Notes: a model not told the origin generated them from the sequence alone. Numbered from the stretch's first letter, positions 35,367-44,436 are shown. The stretch: 60,029 nt of DNA from Candidatus Uhrbacteria bacterium CG_4_10_14_3_um_filter_41_21 (GCA_002782865.1 PFJC01000022.1:1-60029), one strand, 5' to 3'. Made by a program: numbers and translations.

Positions 35367-36047
35367 ATGAATATCCTCTTCGGCACCTCAAAAAAACAAG
35401 ATAAACAAATGCGCCTGCTAGCTGGCGAGGAAGCAATGAAAAATCGAGCTGTCTTTTTTTCAGCACTCAAAATCGATCCGGCCAACATCACCTCCGGCTT
35501 GCTGGCTCACGGAAAAACCGTCGTACTGGTCAATAATAAAAACCTTGGCCAAATAATTTCCGGCACAGACGCGCTGGTCACAAATCTAACTAATGCTTGC
35601 CTGACCATCACAATTGCCGACTGCGTTCCAATCTTCTTTATTGATAAAAACCACGGCGCTATCGGTCTGGCTCACGCCGGTTGGAGGGGAGTGCTTCAAA
35701 ATATCGTCAGCGAAGTTACACAAACCATGGCGCGTGAGTATTTATCAAATCCAGCCGAGATTGAGGTTTACATCGGCCCACATTTGATGAGCTGCCACTT
35801 TGAGGTTAAGGCTGATGTTGAAAGTAAATTTCATGAATTTGCAGATGCCATTATTCATCACCAAGAAAAAACTTTTATTGATCTTCAAAGCATTATTGTT
35901 AAACAACTAATTTCTGCCGGACTCCAAAACAAAAACATACACAGAACTGTCGAGTGTACATTTTGTAATCAAGATTATTTTTCTTACCGACGCGACAAAC
36001 CGGAGGATGTTGAATCTCAAGTCGCTTATATTATCAAGCGCGACTGA
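35367..36047 (+). CDS. pgeF: PgeF/YfiH (DUF152) purine nucleoside phosphorylase / laccase-domain protein
   Basis: Contains HGAIGLAHAGWRG, IGPHLMSCHFEV and CTFCNQDYFSYRRD. A TATAAT lies 7 nt upstream of the ATG (leaderless-like). Confidence 0.85.
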   Translation: MNILFGTSKKQDKQMRLLAGEEAMKNRAVFFSALKIDPANITSGLLAHGKTVVLVNNKNLGQIISGTDALVTNLTNACLTITIADCVPIFFIDKNHGAIGLAHAGWRGVLQNIVSEVTQTMAREYLSNPAEIEVYIGPHLMSCHFEVKADVESKFHEFADAIIHHQEKTFIDLQSIIVKQLISAGLQNKNIHRTVECTFCNQDYFSYRRDKPEDVESQVAYIIKRD

Positions 36048-36048
36048 T
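36031..36048 (+). repeat. 18-bp direct repeat, left copy (contains the pgeF stop)
   Basis: TTATCAAGCGCGACTGAT is identical to 36868-36885. Confidence 0.95.
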
Positions 36049-36117
36049 TTACAATCAGGAAATTTTCTCAAATTGCACAAAATACGCACTTTTATGCGTA
36101 TTTTTGGCCTAAATGCC

Positions 36118-36146
36118 TTGACAAAAGGCTGTTTTTGTGATACATT
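36118..36146 (+). promoter_or_regulatory. Sigma70-type promoter of GC-rich cassette 6
   Basis: TTGACA, 17-nt spacer, TACATT. Confidence 0.55.
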
Positions 36147-36201
36147 ACTCGGTCGAGTGGTAGTATTCCACTGCCCTCACAACACGGCCAAGGAGGCCAA
36201 C

Positions 36202-36786
36202 ATGCGCAACCTGATCCAGATCGCTCTCGCCACCCTGCTCGCCGCCTGCGCCAACCAGCAGAGTGGCCCCTCGAGCCTGGGCGAGCCCGCCCACACGGGC
36301 GGCACGAAGATCGCTGGCCCTGGCGACAGCGCGGTCGAGTTCATCACCTGGCACTTCCCCCAGGACAGCACCACCAGCAACATCACCTTCACCATGCTGG
36401 TGCCCGAGTGCGACTCCATCGGTTCGTGCCGTTGGATCTCGGACATTTACGGCTACACCCAGCACGACGTCCGGACGGCCCCGGTGCGGACGGTGGTGCA
36501 GGACGCCATCGACATCTGCTGGCTGACCGACGAGAACGACGAGGTGGTGTACAACACCAACTCGCTACCCGACGGCGACGGCAACGTGTCCTTCCGCATC
36601 CTCAAGTCCACCGGCTCGGTGACCCTCGTCTGCGACATCAGCAGAGATGCCGAGGCCGTGACGATCGGTACCAATCTCCAAGATCTCACCAACTACAAGT
36701 ACGTCGGCGAAGACTTCGAGTGGTACGGCACCTACCTCAACCTGAACTCCTGGACCAAGCCCGCCTCGAGGGTCACGATCCGGTAG
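36202..36786 (+). CDS. GC-rich cassette 6: lipoprotein (194 aa), unknown function
   Basis: An AAGGAGG lies 5 nt upstream of the ATG at 36202. Signal peptide with lipobox MRNLIQIALATLLAAC. Strong GC3. The other long ORFs here are shadow frames. Confidence 0.6.
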   Translation: MRNLIQIALATLLAACANQQSGPSSLGEPAHTGGTKIAGPGDSAVEFITWHFPQDSTTSNITFTMLVPECDSIGSCRWISDIYGYTQHDVRTAPVRTVVQDAIDICWLTDENDEVVYNTNSLPDGDGNVSFRILKSTGSVTLVCDISRDAEAVTIGTNLQDLTNYKYVGEDFEWYGTYLNLNSWTKPASRVTIR

Positions 36787-36812
36787 ATCCGGTAGTCACG
36801 CACCCCCTCGAC

Positions 36813-36849
36813 GACGCATCCGTCGCCGTTCGGGTGCGTCATTTTTTTT
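36813..36849 (+). terminator. GC-rich intrinsic terminator of cassette 6
   Basis: GACGCATCCG..CGGGTGCGTC hairpin followed by ATTTTTTTT. Confidence 0.85.
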
Positions 36850-36867
36850 AATTAAACTTTTACCAAC

Positions 36868-36885
36868 TTATCAAGCGCGACTGAT
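36868..36885 (+). repeat. 18-bp direct repeat, right copy (contains the MFS gene stop on the reverse strand)
   Basis: Identical to 36031-36048. Its reverse complement encodes the ..ISRA-stop end of the MFS gene. Confidence 0.95.
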
Positions 36886-38052
36886 CGCTCGGTGCATTGG
36901 GGTAATCACCAAAAGTAAAAATATAAATATCACAATCCCCCAAACCAACAACGCGGCCTGCAAGGGAAGGACCCCAAGCAAAACCCCGACCCCGGCTACT
37001 CCGGCTGTATGAACTATTCCTGAAGCCAGATGACCAAATGAAAGTACGGTCGCCCGCGCTCCGCTATCTATTTGATGATTTATAACATCATTGCTGACAA
37101 TACCCAAAGCAATATAAAGCGCCATCGCTATCAGCATTAGACCTATCCAAATGATAGGATTAGTAATTAATCCAAGCGCCATTGCCACCAAACCGCTCGC
37201 CAGCAAGCCACCGCTAAAAATCCAAGCGTCACTGACGCCTTTTTTTGTCAGCCAACCGCCCAGAAACGGTGCCAACATACCGACAAATCGTTTGGCAACA
37301 TAAACAAAACTGATAAGCACGGCGGTTAAGCCGAAATTGGAAAGTAAAATCTGATCAAAGTTATGAAAAGTATCCATGGCGCTTGTAAAAAATGCCACCG
37401 GCAAAAGCGCCCAGAGCACTACCGGTTTTGTTGAAAAAATCTTTAACGCTTCTCGAATTTGTTTCCAAGTAAGTGAGTAAAGATCAAACTTAACGGCAGA
37501 TGCATTGGCGGTTTTCCCAAAAGTTGAAATCAAAACGCCGGCTAACACAAATTGTAAAATACCAATTGTAAACGGAAGCCACCATTGCCACATATAAGCC
37601 AAACCGGCCGTGGCCATAAACAAAATACCAACACCTTGCGAAACTGATTTTGCTCGAGCCGGCAGCTTTCGATACTCATGCTCGCGTCCCAAAACTTTTA
37701 GACGCTCAAAGAAAATGAGCAAAAGTGATCCGGTCATCAAACTACCAGAAACATAATATAAAATATGACCGGCAAACACCCATTCAAACGAGGCCCCCAG
37801 ATAAAGCGCCATGGCGATTGCCTGACCCGACATGGAAATCAGTAAAGATTTTTTGTGGCCAATGGCGTCGGCGATTGCCCCGCTCGGTACTTCAAAAATC
37901 AATTCCAAAACCGCGGAAACTGTAAAAATTAACGCGACCTGTTCAACACTCACGCCAACATCAATCATAAAAAGGGCAATGATTGGAAGGGGATAGCGCT
38001 TAATTAAAGCGCGAAAAATGTAATATTTTTTGATGTCGTCCAATCTTTTCAT
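36871..38052 (-). CDS. MFS-type transporter
   Basis: 393 aa with about 12 TM segments in a 6+6 arrangement. Confidence 0.65.
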   Translation of the reverse strand: MKRLDDIKKYYIFRALIKRYPLPIIALFMIDVGVSVEQVALIFTVSAVLELIFEVPSGAIADAIGHKKSLLISMSGQAIAMALYLGASFEWVFAGHILYYVSGSLMTGSLLLIFFERLKVLGREHEYRKLPARAKSVSQGVGILFMATAGLAYMWQWWLPFTIGILQFVLAGVLISTFGKTANASAVKFDLYSLTWKQIREALKIFSTKPVVLWALLPVAFFTSAMDTFHNFDQILLSNFGLTAVLISFVYVAKRFVGMLAPFLGGWLTKKGVSDAWIFSGGLLASGLVAMALGLITNPIIWIGLMLIAMALYIALGIVSNDVINHQIDSGARATVLSFGHLASGIVHTAGVAGVGVLLGVLPLQAALLVWGIVIFIFLLLVITPMHRAISRA

Positions 38053-38057
38053 AATTA

Positions 38058-38978
38058 TTACGCTTTACCGTGATACTTTTTATGAACCTTTCGGAGCTGT
38101 CTATCGGTCACATGCGTGTAAACCTGCGTGGTAGTAATCGATTCATGACCAAGCATGGACTGAACTGAACGGATGTCAGCGCCATTGCGTAACAGATCAG
38201 TGGCAAATGTATGACGCAAAGTGTGTGGAGTTATTTTTTTGGTGATACCCGCGGCTGAAGCATACTTTTCCATAATTCTTTGCACTGATCGTGGTGAAAC
38301 CGGCATCGATCCTCTGGAAGTCTTGGCGCGATCGTGACCGACAAACAAGTATGGAGATGTGTCGTGCCTGGCATCTAAATACTCTTTGATGGCTTTTCTG
38401 GAATCATCTGACAAAAAAACCACTCGGTGTTTGCTCCCTTTGCCTTTAACTGTAAACTCGTCCCGCCGAAGATTAATATTGTCGATTTTTAAGTTAGCAA
38501 GCTCGGAAACACGCAGTCCTGTTGAAAAAAGAGTACGCACAATCGCTCTATCCCTCTTGCCAATAATGCCCGGCGCGTCTTGAAGAGCCCCAAATATCCG
38601 CCGTAGTTCATCTTCTTCTAAAAACTCAACCTTACGCGTTCCTTGTTTAGCAAGTTCAATCTTATCCGCTGTCATTGATTTAACATCACGCCTAGCTAAA
38701 TATCGCAAAAACGCTCGAAGGGCAATTAAGTGATAATTCTGCGTACTCTTTTTTAAATTCACTTCGTCTCGACCCTCAATTTCACGATTTAAATACAATC
38801 TATATTTCCGCACCATCTCGGGCTCTATTTTAGATGGGTGTGGCCAGAGTGCCCAGTCGGCAAATCGGCGCAAATAAAAATCATAATTGCGGACAGTTTT
38901 GCTCGATCGTCCACGTTCAACTTCCAAATATTCCAAAAACTCTTTGATGTACTTCTCTAGCATTGATTTTGTGCTCAT
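38058..38978 (-). CDS. xerC: Tyrosine site-specific recombinase, XerC/XerD-like
   Basis: Contains TGLRVSEL, HTLRHTFATDLL and GHESITTTQVYTHV (R..HxxR..Y catalytic set). Start set at MSTKS. It is the only recombinase seen in the window. Confidence 0.85.
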   Translation of the reverse strand: MSTKSMLEKYIKEFLEYLEVERGRSSKTVRNYDFYLRRFADWALWPHPSKIEPEMVRKYRLYLNREIEGRDEVNLKKSTQNYHLIALRAFLRYLARRDVKSMTADKIELAKQGTRKVEFLEEDELRRIFGALQDAPGIIGKRDRAIVRTLFSTGLRVSELANLKIDNINLRRDEFTVKGKGSKHRVVFLSDDSRKAIKEYLDARHDTSPYLFVGHDRAKTSRGSMPVSPRSVQRIMEKYASAAGITKKITPHTLRHTFATDLLRNGADIRSVQSMLGHESITTTQVYTHVTDRQLRKVHKKYHGKA

Positions 38979-39136
38979 AGTAAGAGTACTATACGACACT
39001 AATAAAATGATTGCCATAATATTGACAATTATCAAGCATTAGGCTAATATACGCTCATAATTAATCAATTGCTTTTAGCCATGGTTTAGCGCTCGAGCAG
39101 CGTTTTACTAAGACTAAAAGACGAAATTAACAAAAT

Positions 39137-39409
39137 ATGCTCGACAAGAACAAAAAGCAAAGAATCATCGAAAAGTACAAGACTCACGAATCAGATACTG
39201 GTTCACCACAAGTGCAGATTGCTATCCTAACTGAAGAGGTAAAGGAACTTACCACTCACTTGCGACAACACAAAAAAGATTTTAGCTCACGACGCGGACT
39301 AATAAAGAAAGTAACTGAACGCCGCCGTTTAATGAGATACCTAAAGCGCGAGGACAACAAAGCTTACGAACAATTGGTGGAAGATCTAAAGCTCCGCGCG
39401 ATCAATTAA
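39137..39409 (+). CDS. rpsO: 30S ribosomal protein S15
   Basis: Contains HESDTGSPQVQIAILTEEVKELTTHLRQHKKDFSSRRGL. Confidence 0.95.
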   Translation: MLDKNKKQRIIEKYKTHESDTGSPQVQIAILTEEVKELTTHLRQHKKDFSSRRGLIKKVTERRRLMRYLKREDNKAYEQLVEDLKLRAIN

Positions 39410-39471
39410 TATATAATGAAAGTCCACCATTTTGGCTGGACTTTCAATTTTTAAAAAGTAACTAATTTTTT

Positions 39472-40017
39472 ATGCTAGATACATCTACCAGACGCGTTGG
39501 CGTTTTTATCGATGTGCAGAACATGTACTACAGCGCTCGTAATTTATTCAATCGAAAAGTTAATTTTCCCGGGATTGTTGAAAAAACAGTTGGAGACCAA
39601 AAACTTATTCGAGCCCTTGCTTACACAGTTTCAACTCAGGCCGGTGACGAATCAGCTTTTTTCGGAGCTTTGGAAAAAAATGGAATCGATGTTATTGCCA
39701 AGGATTTGATAGAATATGACTCAGGAGTTAAAAAAGGAAACTGGGATGTTGGCATAGCCATTGATGTTGTCCGAATGGTCGACATGCTCGATGTAATCGT
39801 AATGGTTTCAGGAGATGGGGATTTCGCCCCACTTGGAGATTATGTTCGTGGCCGTGGTCGAATATTCCATGTAGCTTCATTTCGAGAATCAACATCATCT
39901 GAACTGCTAGATGTGGCTGATATTTATACAAATCTATCAGATGACAAAACTTCATTCTTGATTCTAGAATCAAAACCAGTTCGTGCCGGTAAAACTAAAA
40001 CAGCGCTAAAACCATAA
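39472..40017 (+). CDS. NYN-domain (LabA/DUF88-like) protein
   Basis: Contains VGVFIDVQNMYY and VMVSGDGDFAPL, characteristic of NYN/LabA nucleases. Confidence 0.75.
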   Translation: MLDTSTRRVGVFIDVQNMYYSARNLFNRKVNFPGIVEKTVGDQKLIRALAYTVSTQAGDESAFFGALEKNGIDVIAKDLIEYDSGVKKGNWDVGIAIDVVRMVDMLDVIVMVSGDGDFAPLGDYVRGRGRIFHVASFRESTSSELLDVADIYTNLSDDKTSFLILESKPVRAGKTKTALKP

Positions 40018-40266
40018 TTTGTTTTAGGCTAAGGTCGTTGATCATCAATCTACGATCTCGCTAAGAACGAATTAACGTTCAGATTATCAAGTCCTGGAAG
40101 AACGATCTTAAGATATCTCAAGATCAGGGGATTTCTGAAAGTCTACTGGCAATTGCGAGGTTTCCGAAGCAATCCATTTAAGAAGATTGCTTCAGTCGAC
40201 TAGAAGTCGACTTCGCAATATCCAAAATAGGTTCCTAGAAATCCCTTAAAGCCCGGGCAAAAAAAT
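40018..40266 (+). promoter_or_regulatory. Long structured 5' leader of pnp (candidate autoregulatory region)
   Basis: About 245 nt non-coding with stable hairpins (GAAGCAATC..GATTGCTTC, AGTCGAC-TAGAA-GTCGACT) directly upstream of pnp. Confidence 0.35.
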
Positions 40267-42516
40267 ATGACAGAGAAAACATTCTCGGCCAATATCGGTG
40301 GTAAGGATATTACTATCGAGACCGGCAAATTTGCGCAATCTGCAAACGCCAGCTGCACAGTAAGATGCGGTGACACAGTTCTTTTGGCAACAGCGGTTAT
40401 GTCACACGACTCAAAAGAAGGAATGGGATATTTCCCACTCATGGTTGACTACGAAGAAAAAATGTACGCAGCCGGCCGAATTAAAGGCTCACGCTTTATT
40501 AAACGCGAGGGCCGACCAACTGATGAAGCAGTTTTAGTTGGACGCTTTATTGACCGAGCAATTCGCCCACTCTTTGATGAACGAATGACAAACGAAGTTC
40601 AAGTGATTATAACTGTTCTTGCCTTTGATGGTGAAAACGACCCGGATATTTTGGGATTAATCGGAGCGTCCTGTGTACTTCATATGAGTGACATTCCTTG
40701 GAACGGTCCAATCGGAGCTGCTCGAATTTCAAAAATCGGCAGTGATTGGTTGGTTAATCCAACATATGAGCAAAGATTAACAACCGAATTTGATCTTGAT
40801 ATCGCCGGAACTGCGGAAAAAACTGTAATGATCGAAGCTCGAGGTAATGAAGCTTCAAAAGAAGACTTTGCCGAGGCTTTTGATAGAGGATCAAAAGAAC
40901 TAGCCAATGCAATCAAATTAATAGAGCGGGTTCGCAAAGAAGTTGGAATAGAAAAGTTAGATGTCTTGACTCCAAAAACCGATGAGGCTGAAGCAAAGCT
41001 AGCCCGCAAAGAGGAAATTCAGAAAATGGCAGCTGAGTTTATGACTCCGGTTCTAGAGAAGATCTACAGCGCAGGTGTTAAAAGTAAAAAAGAATTATAC
41101 GAGGTCAAAGATTCTCTTAAAGATCAATTAACTGAATATCTAAAATCAAAGGAACTTGAATCTGATGAAATCAAAATCGGAACTGACATGATTTATAACT
41201 TTGCCCAAGACATTGCTTCCAAAATGATTCTTGAAAAAGGACAAAGAGTTGACGGCCGAAAGCTAGATGAAATCAGACCGCTTATTGCCGAGGTGGCCCT
41301 GCTTCCCCGTGTTCATGGTTCTAGTCATTTCTCTCGTGGAATAACTCAGGTGCTAAACATTTGTACTTTGGGTGCACCTGGAGACGAGCAAACCTTGGAC
41401 GGAATGGAAACAGTTGGACAAAAACGCTTTATACACCACTACAACTTCCCTCCGTTTTCGGTCGGTGAAGCAAAATTCCTTCGAGGTGCAGGAAGACGCG
41501 AAGTTGGACACGGAGCGCTTGCCGAGAAAGCATTAGAGCCGATGATTCCGTCAAAAGCAGATTTTCCTTACAGCATTCGGTTGGTGTCAGAAGTTCTAAA
41601 CTCAAATGGATCAAGCTCAATGGCCTCTACTTGTGCTTCAACCCTTGCTCTTATGGACGCTGGTGTTCCAATTAAAGCACCGGTAGCGGGAATTGCTATG
41701 GGACTTGCCTCAGATGGAACAAATTGGAAAGTTCTAACTGACCTTCAAGATGTTGAAGACGGAAAAGGTGGAATGGACTTTAAAATAACCGGGTCACGCA
41801 AAGGTATTACAGCCATTCAGATGGACACTAAAACTAATGGGCTAACTGCTGACATTATTAAAGAAGCCCTTGAACGATCAAATATTGCTCTAAATCAAAT
41901 TCTAGATGTAATTGAAAAAGCAATCCCGAAACCACGAGCTGATCTTTCACCAAATGCTCCAAGAATTATCACACTACAAATCAGTCCGGACAAAATTAAA
42001 GATGTTATTGGATCAGGCGGAAAAACTATCAATGAAATTATTGATAAGACAGGTGTTGATTCTATCGACATCGAACAGGACGGACAGGTGTTTATTACAG
42101 CCTCAAATAAAGAAGCAGCTGACAAAGCCTATGAATGGGTTAACAACCTAACGCGAGATGTTGAAGTTGGTGAAGCATTTGTTGGTAAAGTTGTACGACT
42201 AATGGATTTCGGAGCATTCATCCAAATCCTTCCTGGAAAAGATGGGATGGTTCACATTTCTGAACTTGCCCCATGGCGAGTAGGAAATGTTGAAGATATT
42301 GTAAAACTTGGAGATGAAGTTCATGTAAAAGTAATTGAAATTGATGACCAAGGTAGGATCAATCTCTCTATGAGCAAAGCTGAAGGCAATGTTTATACAG
42401 ATGAGATGAAAACCAAGGCTCAGAAACTAGGCGAATCAAGTGGCGCTCCGCGCAGACCAAGCGGTGGAGATCTCCGAGGTGGTGGTCCAAGAGGTCCTCA
42501 CCGACCACGATCATAA
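40267..42516 (+). CDS. pnp: Polyribonucleotide nucleotidyltransferase (PNPase)
   Basis: Two RNase PH domains, a KH domain and an S1 domain (FGAFIQILPGKDGMVHISEL), with a basic Gly/Arg tail. Confidence 0.95.
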   Translation: MTEKTFSANIGGKDITIETGKFAQSANASCTVRCGDTVLLATAVMSHDSKEGMGYFPLMVDYEEKMYAAGRIKGSRFIKREGRPTDEAVLVGRFIDRAIRPLFDERMTNEVQVIITVLAFDGENDPDILGLIGASCVLHMSDIPWNGPIGAARISKIGSDWLVNPTYEQRLTTEFDLDIAGTAEKTVMIEARGNEASKEDFAEAFDRGSKELANAIKLIERVRKEVGIEKLDVLTPKTDEAEAKLARKEEIQKMAAEFMTPVLEKIYSAGVKSKKELYEVKDSLKDQLTEYLKSKELESDEIKIGTDMIYNFAQDIASKMILEKGQRVDGRKLDEIRPLIAEVALLPRVHGSSHFSRGITQVLNICTLGAPGDEQTLDGMETVGQKRFIHHYNFPPFSVGEAKFLRGAGRREVGHGALAEKALEPMIPSKADFPYSIRLVSEVLNSNGSSSMASTCASTLALMDAGVPIKAPVAGIAMGLASDGTNWKVLTDLQDVEDGKGGMDFKITGSRKGITAIQMDTKTNGLTADIIKEALERSNIALNQILDVIEKAIPKPRADLSPNAPRIITLQISPDKIKDVIGSGGKTINEIIDKTGVDSIDIEQDGQVFITASNKEAADKAYEWVNNLTRDVEVGEAFVGKVVRLMDFGAFIQILPGKDGMVHISELAPWRVGNVEDIVKLGDEVHVKVIEIDDQGRINLSMSKAEGNVYTDEMKTKAQKLGESSGAPRRPSGGDLRGGGPRGPHRPRS

Positions 42517-42604
42517 CTTGACCCGACGACTCGGAAACTGACAAAAAACCAGCTACGGCTGGTTTTTTGTTTATTTAATCTTAAAAATCCCGTAGAATAG
42601 TATA

Positions 42605-43858
42605 ATGCAAGAAAAATTAAACATTCCGCTAGAATCTGAGCTATCAAAAAGTCGGTATTCCATTGCCCTAAGGTACAAAAGATGGCTTTTAGGTATGCTG
42701 GTCTTTATAATTTTGCTTGGAGCTCATAGACTCTGGATAATACGCGATTTAACCTCGGGTTTTCATACCAATGGAATCGAATCATCCCTAAGAATAATCA
42801 AAACTCCAAGCACCATTAAGCAGTTGCATGAAAATTTAGGGTCTGAAACCATAATTTCAGGCAGATCGCTAACTTTTGATGATATTTTACTGCTGTCTGA
42901 TAGGGAATTCTCGCTACACATGGACGAGGCAGGTATTGTTCACGAAATAACAATCGATTCTGGGCTTAGCGATCAAAAACACCAGTATTTATATGAATCA
43001 GGTTTTATAATTTACAGTTCCGGGAATAAAACAATAATTTCCACAATAAATACCAATGTTTTAATAGAAAAAGCTCAGCTCCATCCAATTTACGCCCTAA
43101 ACCCATGGCACGACGGCGAATGGACAGAATATTCCGGCGAAAAAAACCGGGTTTCACCAGTTTCAATATCAAATAGTGGTTTAAAAATTGGCCAAGGTGA
43201 AACAAATACAATTAAATATAATACTTCCATTGCAACAAACACTGAGATATTAGCTAATTATTCTGTTGGTGCTAGTGCGCCGTTACCACTTCTTGTGCAG
43301 TCACTTTTAACAAATGTCGCTGCTAGCAGCTTTATTAATCAAATCACCACTTCTGGTTTTCAGCTGATAATTGGAAACGATGAGGCCGGCGAGTCGTTCT
43401 ATATTTCTGTCCCTGCTACAAAAACAAATACACAAGAGATGGCGCAACTCGCACAGAACCTGCTAAAAATATTTAATTTGTCTACGCTAGCGTTGACAAT
43501 GGATGACGGAACAACAGTTTCTGAGATTCGAAGCGACACAAGTAACTTTGTTTCCACTATCGAGACCGAATCAGGCGTTAGTTTTCTAACGATAAGTGAC
43601 GCACAAGGAAACCTCATATATATCGCTCAAACCACAAACTTTTGGACAATCTCAAATAGAAAAACATCGCTAGCTTCAGCGGATTTCACAAACAAGTCGA
43701 CCTGCAGTGCAAACGCCCATTCATTTCTTTATCCCCGAAAAATTTTGGAAAGAATTACGAGTGATCAATCTGCTTTGAGCTACTCTACGGGAATCCCATT
43801 TGTTTTACGCTTCAAAGAACTAGCCGTTGCTAAGAATACAACCACAATGTGTTGGTAG
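42605..43858 (+). CDS. Membrane-anchored hypothetical protein (417 aa)
   Basis: A single N-terminal TM (WLLGMLVFIILLGAHRLWII) and an extracytoplasmic body with no recognised motif. Confidence 0.55.
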   Translation: MQEKLNIPLESELSKSRYSIALRYKRWLLGMLVFIILLGAHRLWIIRDLTSGFHTNGIESSLRIIKTPSTIKQLHENLGSETIISGRSLTFDDILLLSDREFSLHMDEAGIVHEITIDSGLSDQKHQYLYESGFIIYSSGNKTIISTINTNVLIEKAQLHPIYALNPWHDGEWTEYSGEKNRVSPVSISNSGLKIGQGETNTIKYNTSIATNTEILANYSVGASAPLPLLVQSLLTNVAASSFINQITTSGFQLIIGNDEAGESFYISVPATKTNTQEMAQLAQNLLKIFNLSTLALTMDDGTTVSEIRSDTSNFVSTIETESGVSFLTISDAQGNLIYIAQTTNFWTISNRKTSLASADFTNKSTCSANAHSFLYPRKILERITSDQSALSYSTGIPFVLRFKELAVAKNTTTMCW

Positions 43859-43865
43859 CAAAACC

Positions 43866-43937
43866 TGTGGATAAACTATTAACTATCCCAAACTTATCCA
43901 CAGCTATTGTTAAAAACTAATAATATCATTATCCACA
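43866..43937. promoter_or_regulatory. Cluster of three perfect DnaA boxes
   Basis: TGTGGATAA (43866-43874, reverse complement of the consensus), TTATCCACA (43894-43902) and TTATCCACA (43929-43937), with AT-rich spacers. Confidence 0.7.
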
Positions 43938-43974
43938 AATATAAAATAGCCTTTATTCATAGGCTATTTTTATG

Positions 43975-44003
43975 TTGACTATTTGTGTTCAAAACGATAA
44001 AAT
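43975..44003 (+). promoter_or_regulatory. Promoter of the unclassified non-coding unit
   Basis: TTGACT, 17-nt spacer, TAAAAT. Confidence 0.6.
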
Positions 44004-44009
44004 ACTTAT

Positions 44010-44390
44010 ACAGGGTCAAAGAAATCCTAATCGCTCTTTCTACAATCCCGTCATCCGGCATCGCCGGATGGACTAAGGGGAAGTTTCCCGAAGACCCACT
44101 CTTTGGGAAATAGCTCCACTGCTGTACTCTGCTAGTTCGTTATTTTGGGGGATCGGATTTGAACACGGCAACCTCACGCATTAATGCTTGATTATGTGAG
44201 GAGCCAAAGCATGGTAGGGCGGTTGTCCTTTTCATAGTCATGGTCGAGGTTAACAGATGTCGAGTTTTGCTGAAAATTACTCATTTTCATTAGAACCCGA
44301 CATCTGGACGAACTCCCACGCTATGCGTGGACGCGATCCAGAATCTATTTATTTAGCAGTCTGACGAATCGCGTCCTTTTGCTTTTTATT
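44010..44390 (+). ncRNA. Unclassified candidate structured RNA (~380 nt) bounded by its own promoter and terminator
   Basis: No ORF of 60 aa or more on either strand. Several 6-9-bp helices are present (CATCCGGC/GCCGGATG, CCTCAC/GTGAGG, CAGATGTCG/CGACATCTG, CCACGC/GCGTGG). It ends in a GGACGCGAT..ATCGCGTCC hairpin plus TTTTGCTTTTT (44329-44390). Confidence 0.5.
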
Positions 44391-44436
44391 AAAATGTTGT
44401 ATAAACTGTAGCACCCATGTATAATTTTTATATTGT

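Noticed and set aside
34544-35491. Forward ORFs 34544-34792, 34614-34838 and 34873-35271, and reverse ORF 35090-35491
   Set aside because: These are shadow frames of the two coupled reverse-strand membrane genes. The last one also runs through the cassette promoter and the direct repeat.
36145-36851. ORFs 36145-36465, 36177-36446, 36263-36526, 36408-36851 and 36453-36692
   Set aside because: These are shadow frames of the GC-rich lipoprotein gene. Only the 36202 frame has an SD plus a lipobox signal peptide.
38058-38978. Xer-type recombinase as the integrase of the neighbouring GC-rich cassettes
   Set aside because: It has host-like composition and typical XerC/D motifs. It lies outside both repeat-bounded cassettes, separated by the MFS gene. 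No evidence links it to the insertions, although it is the only recombinase in the window.
44010-44390. Identification of the non-coding unit as tmRNA, RNase P RNA or SRP RNA
   Set aside because: I could not find the RNase P P4 motifs, a T-arm and acceptor 3' strand with CCA for tmRNA (standard or permuted), or the SRP GGAA/AGCAGC apex. It is left as unclassified rather than named.
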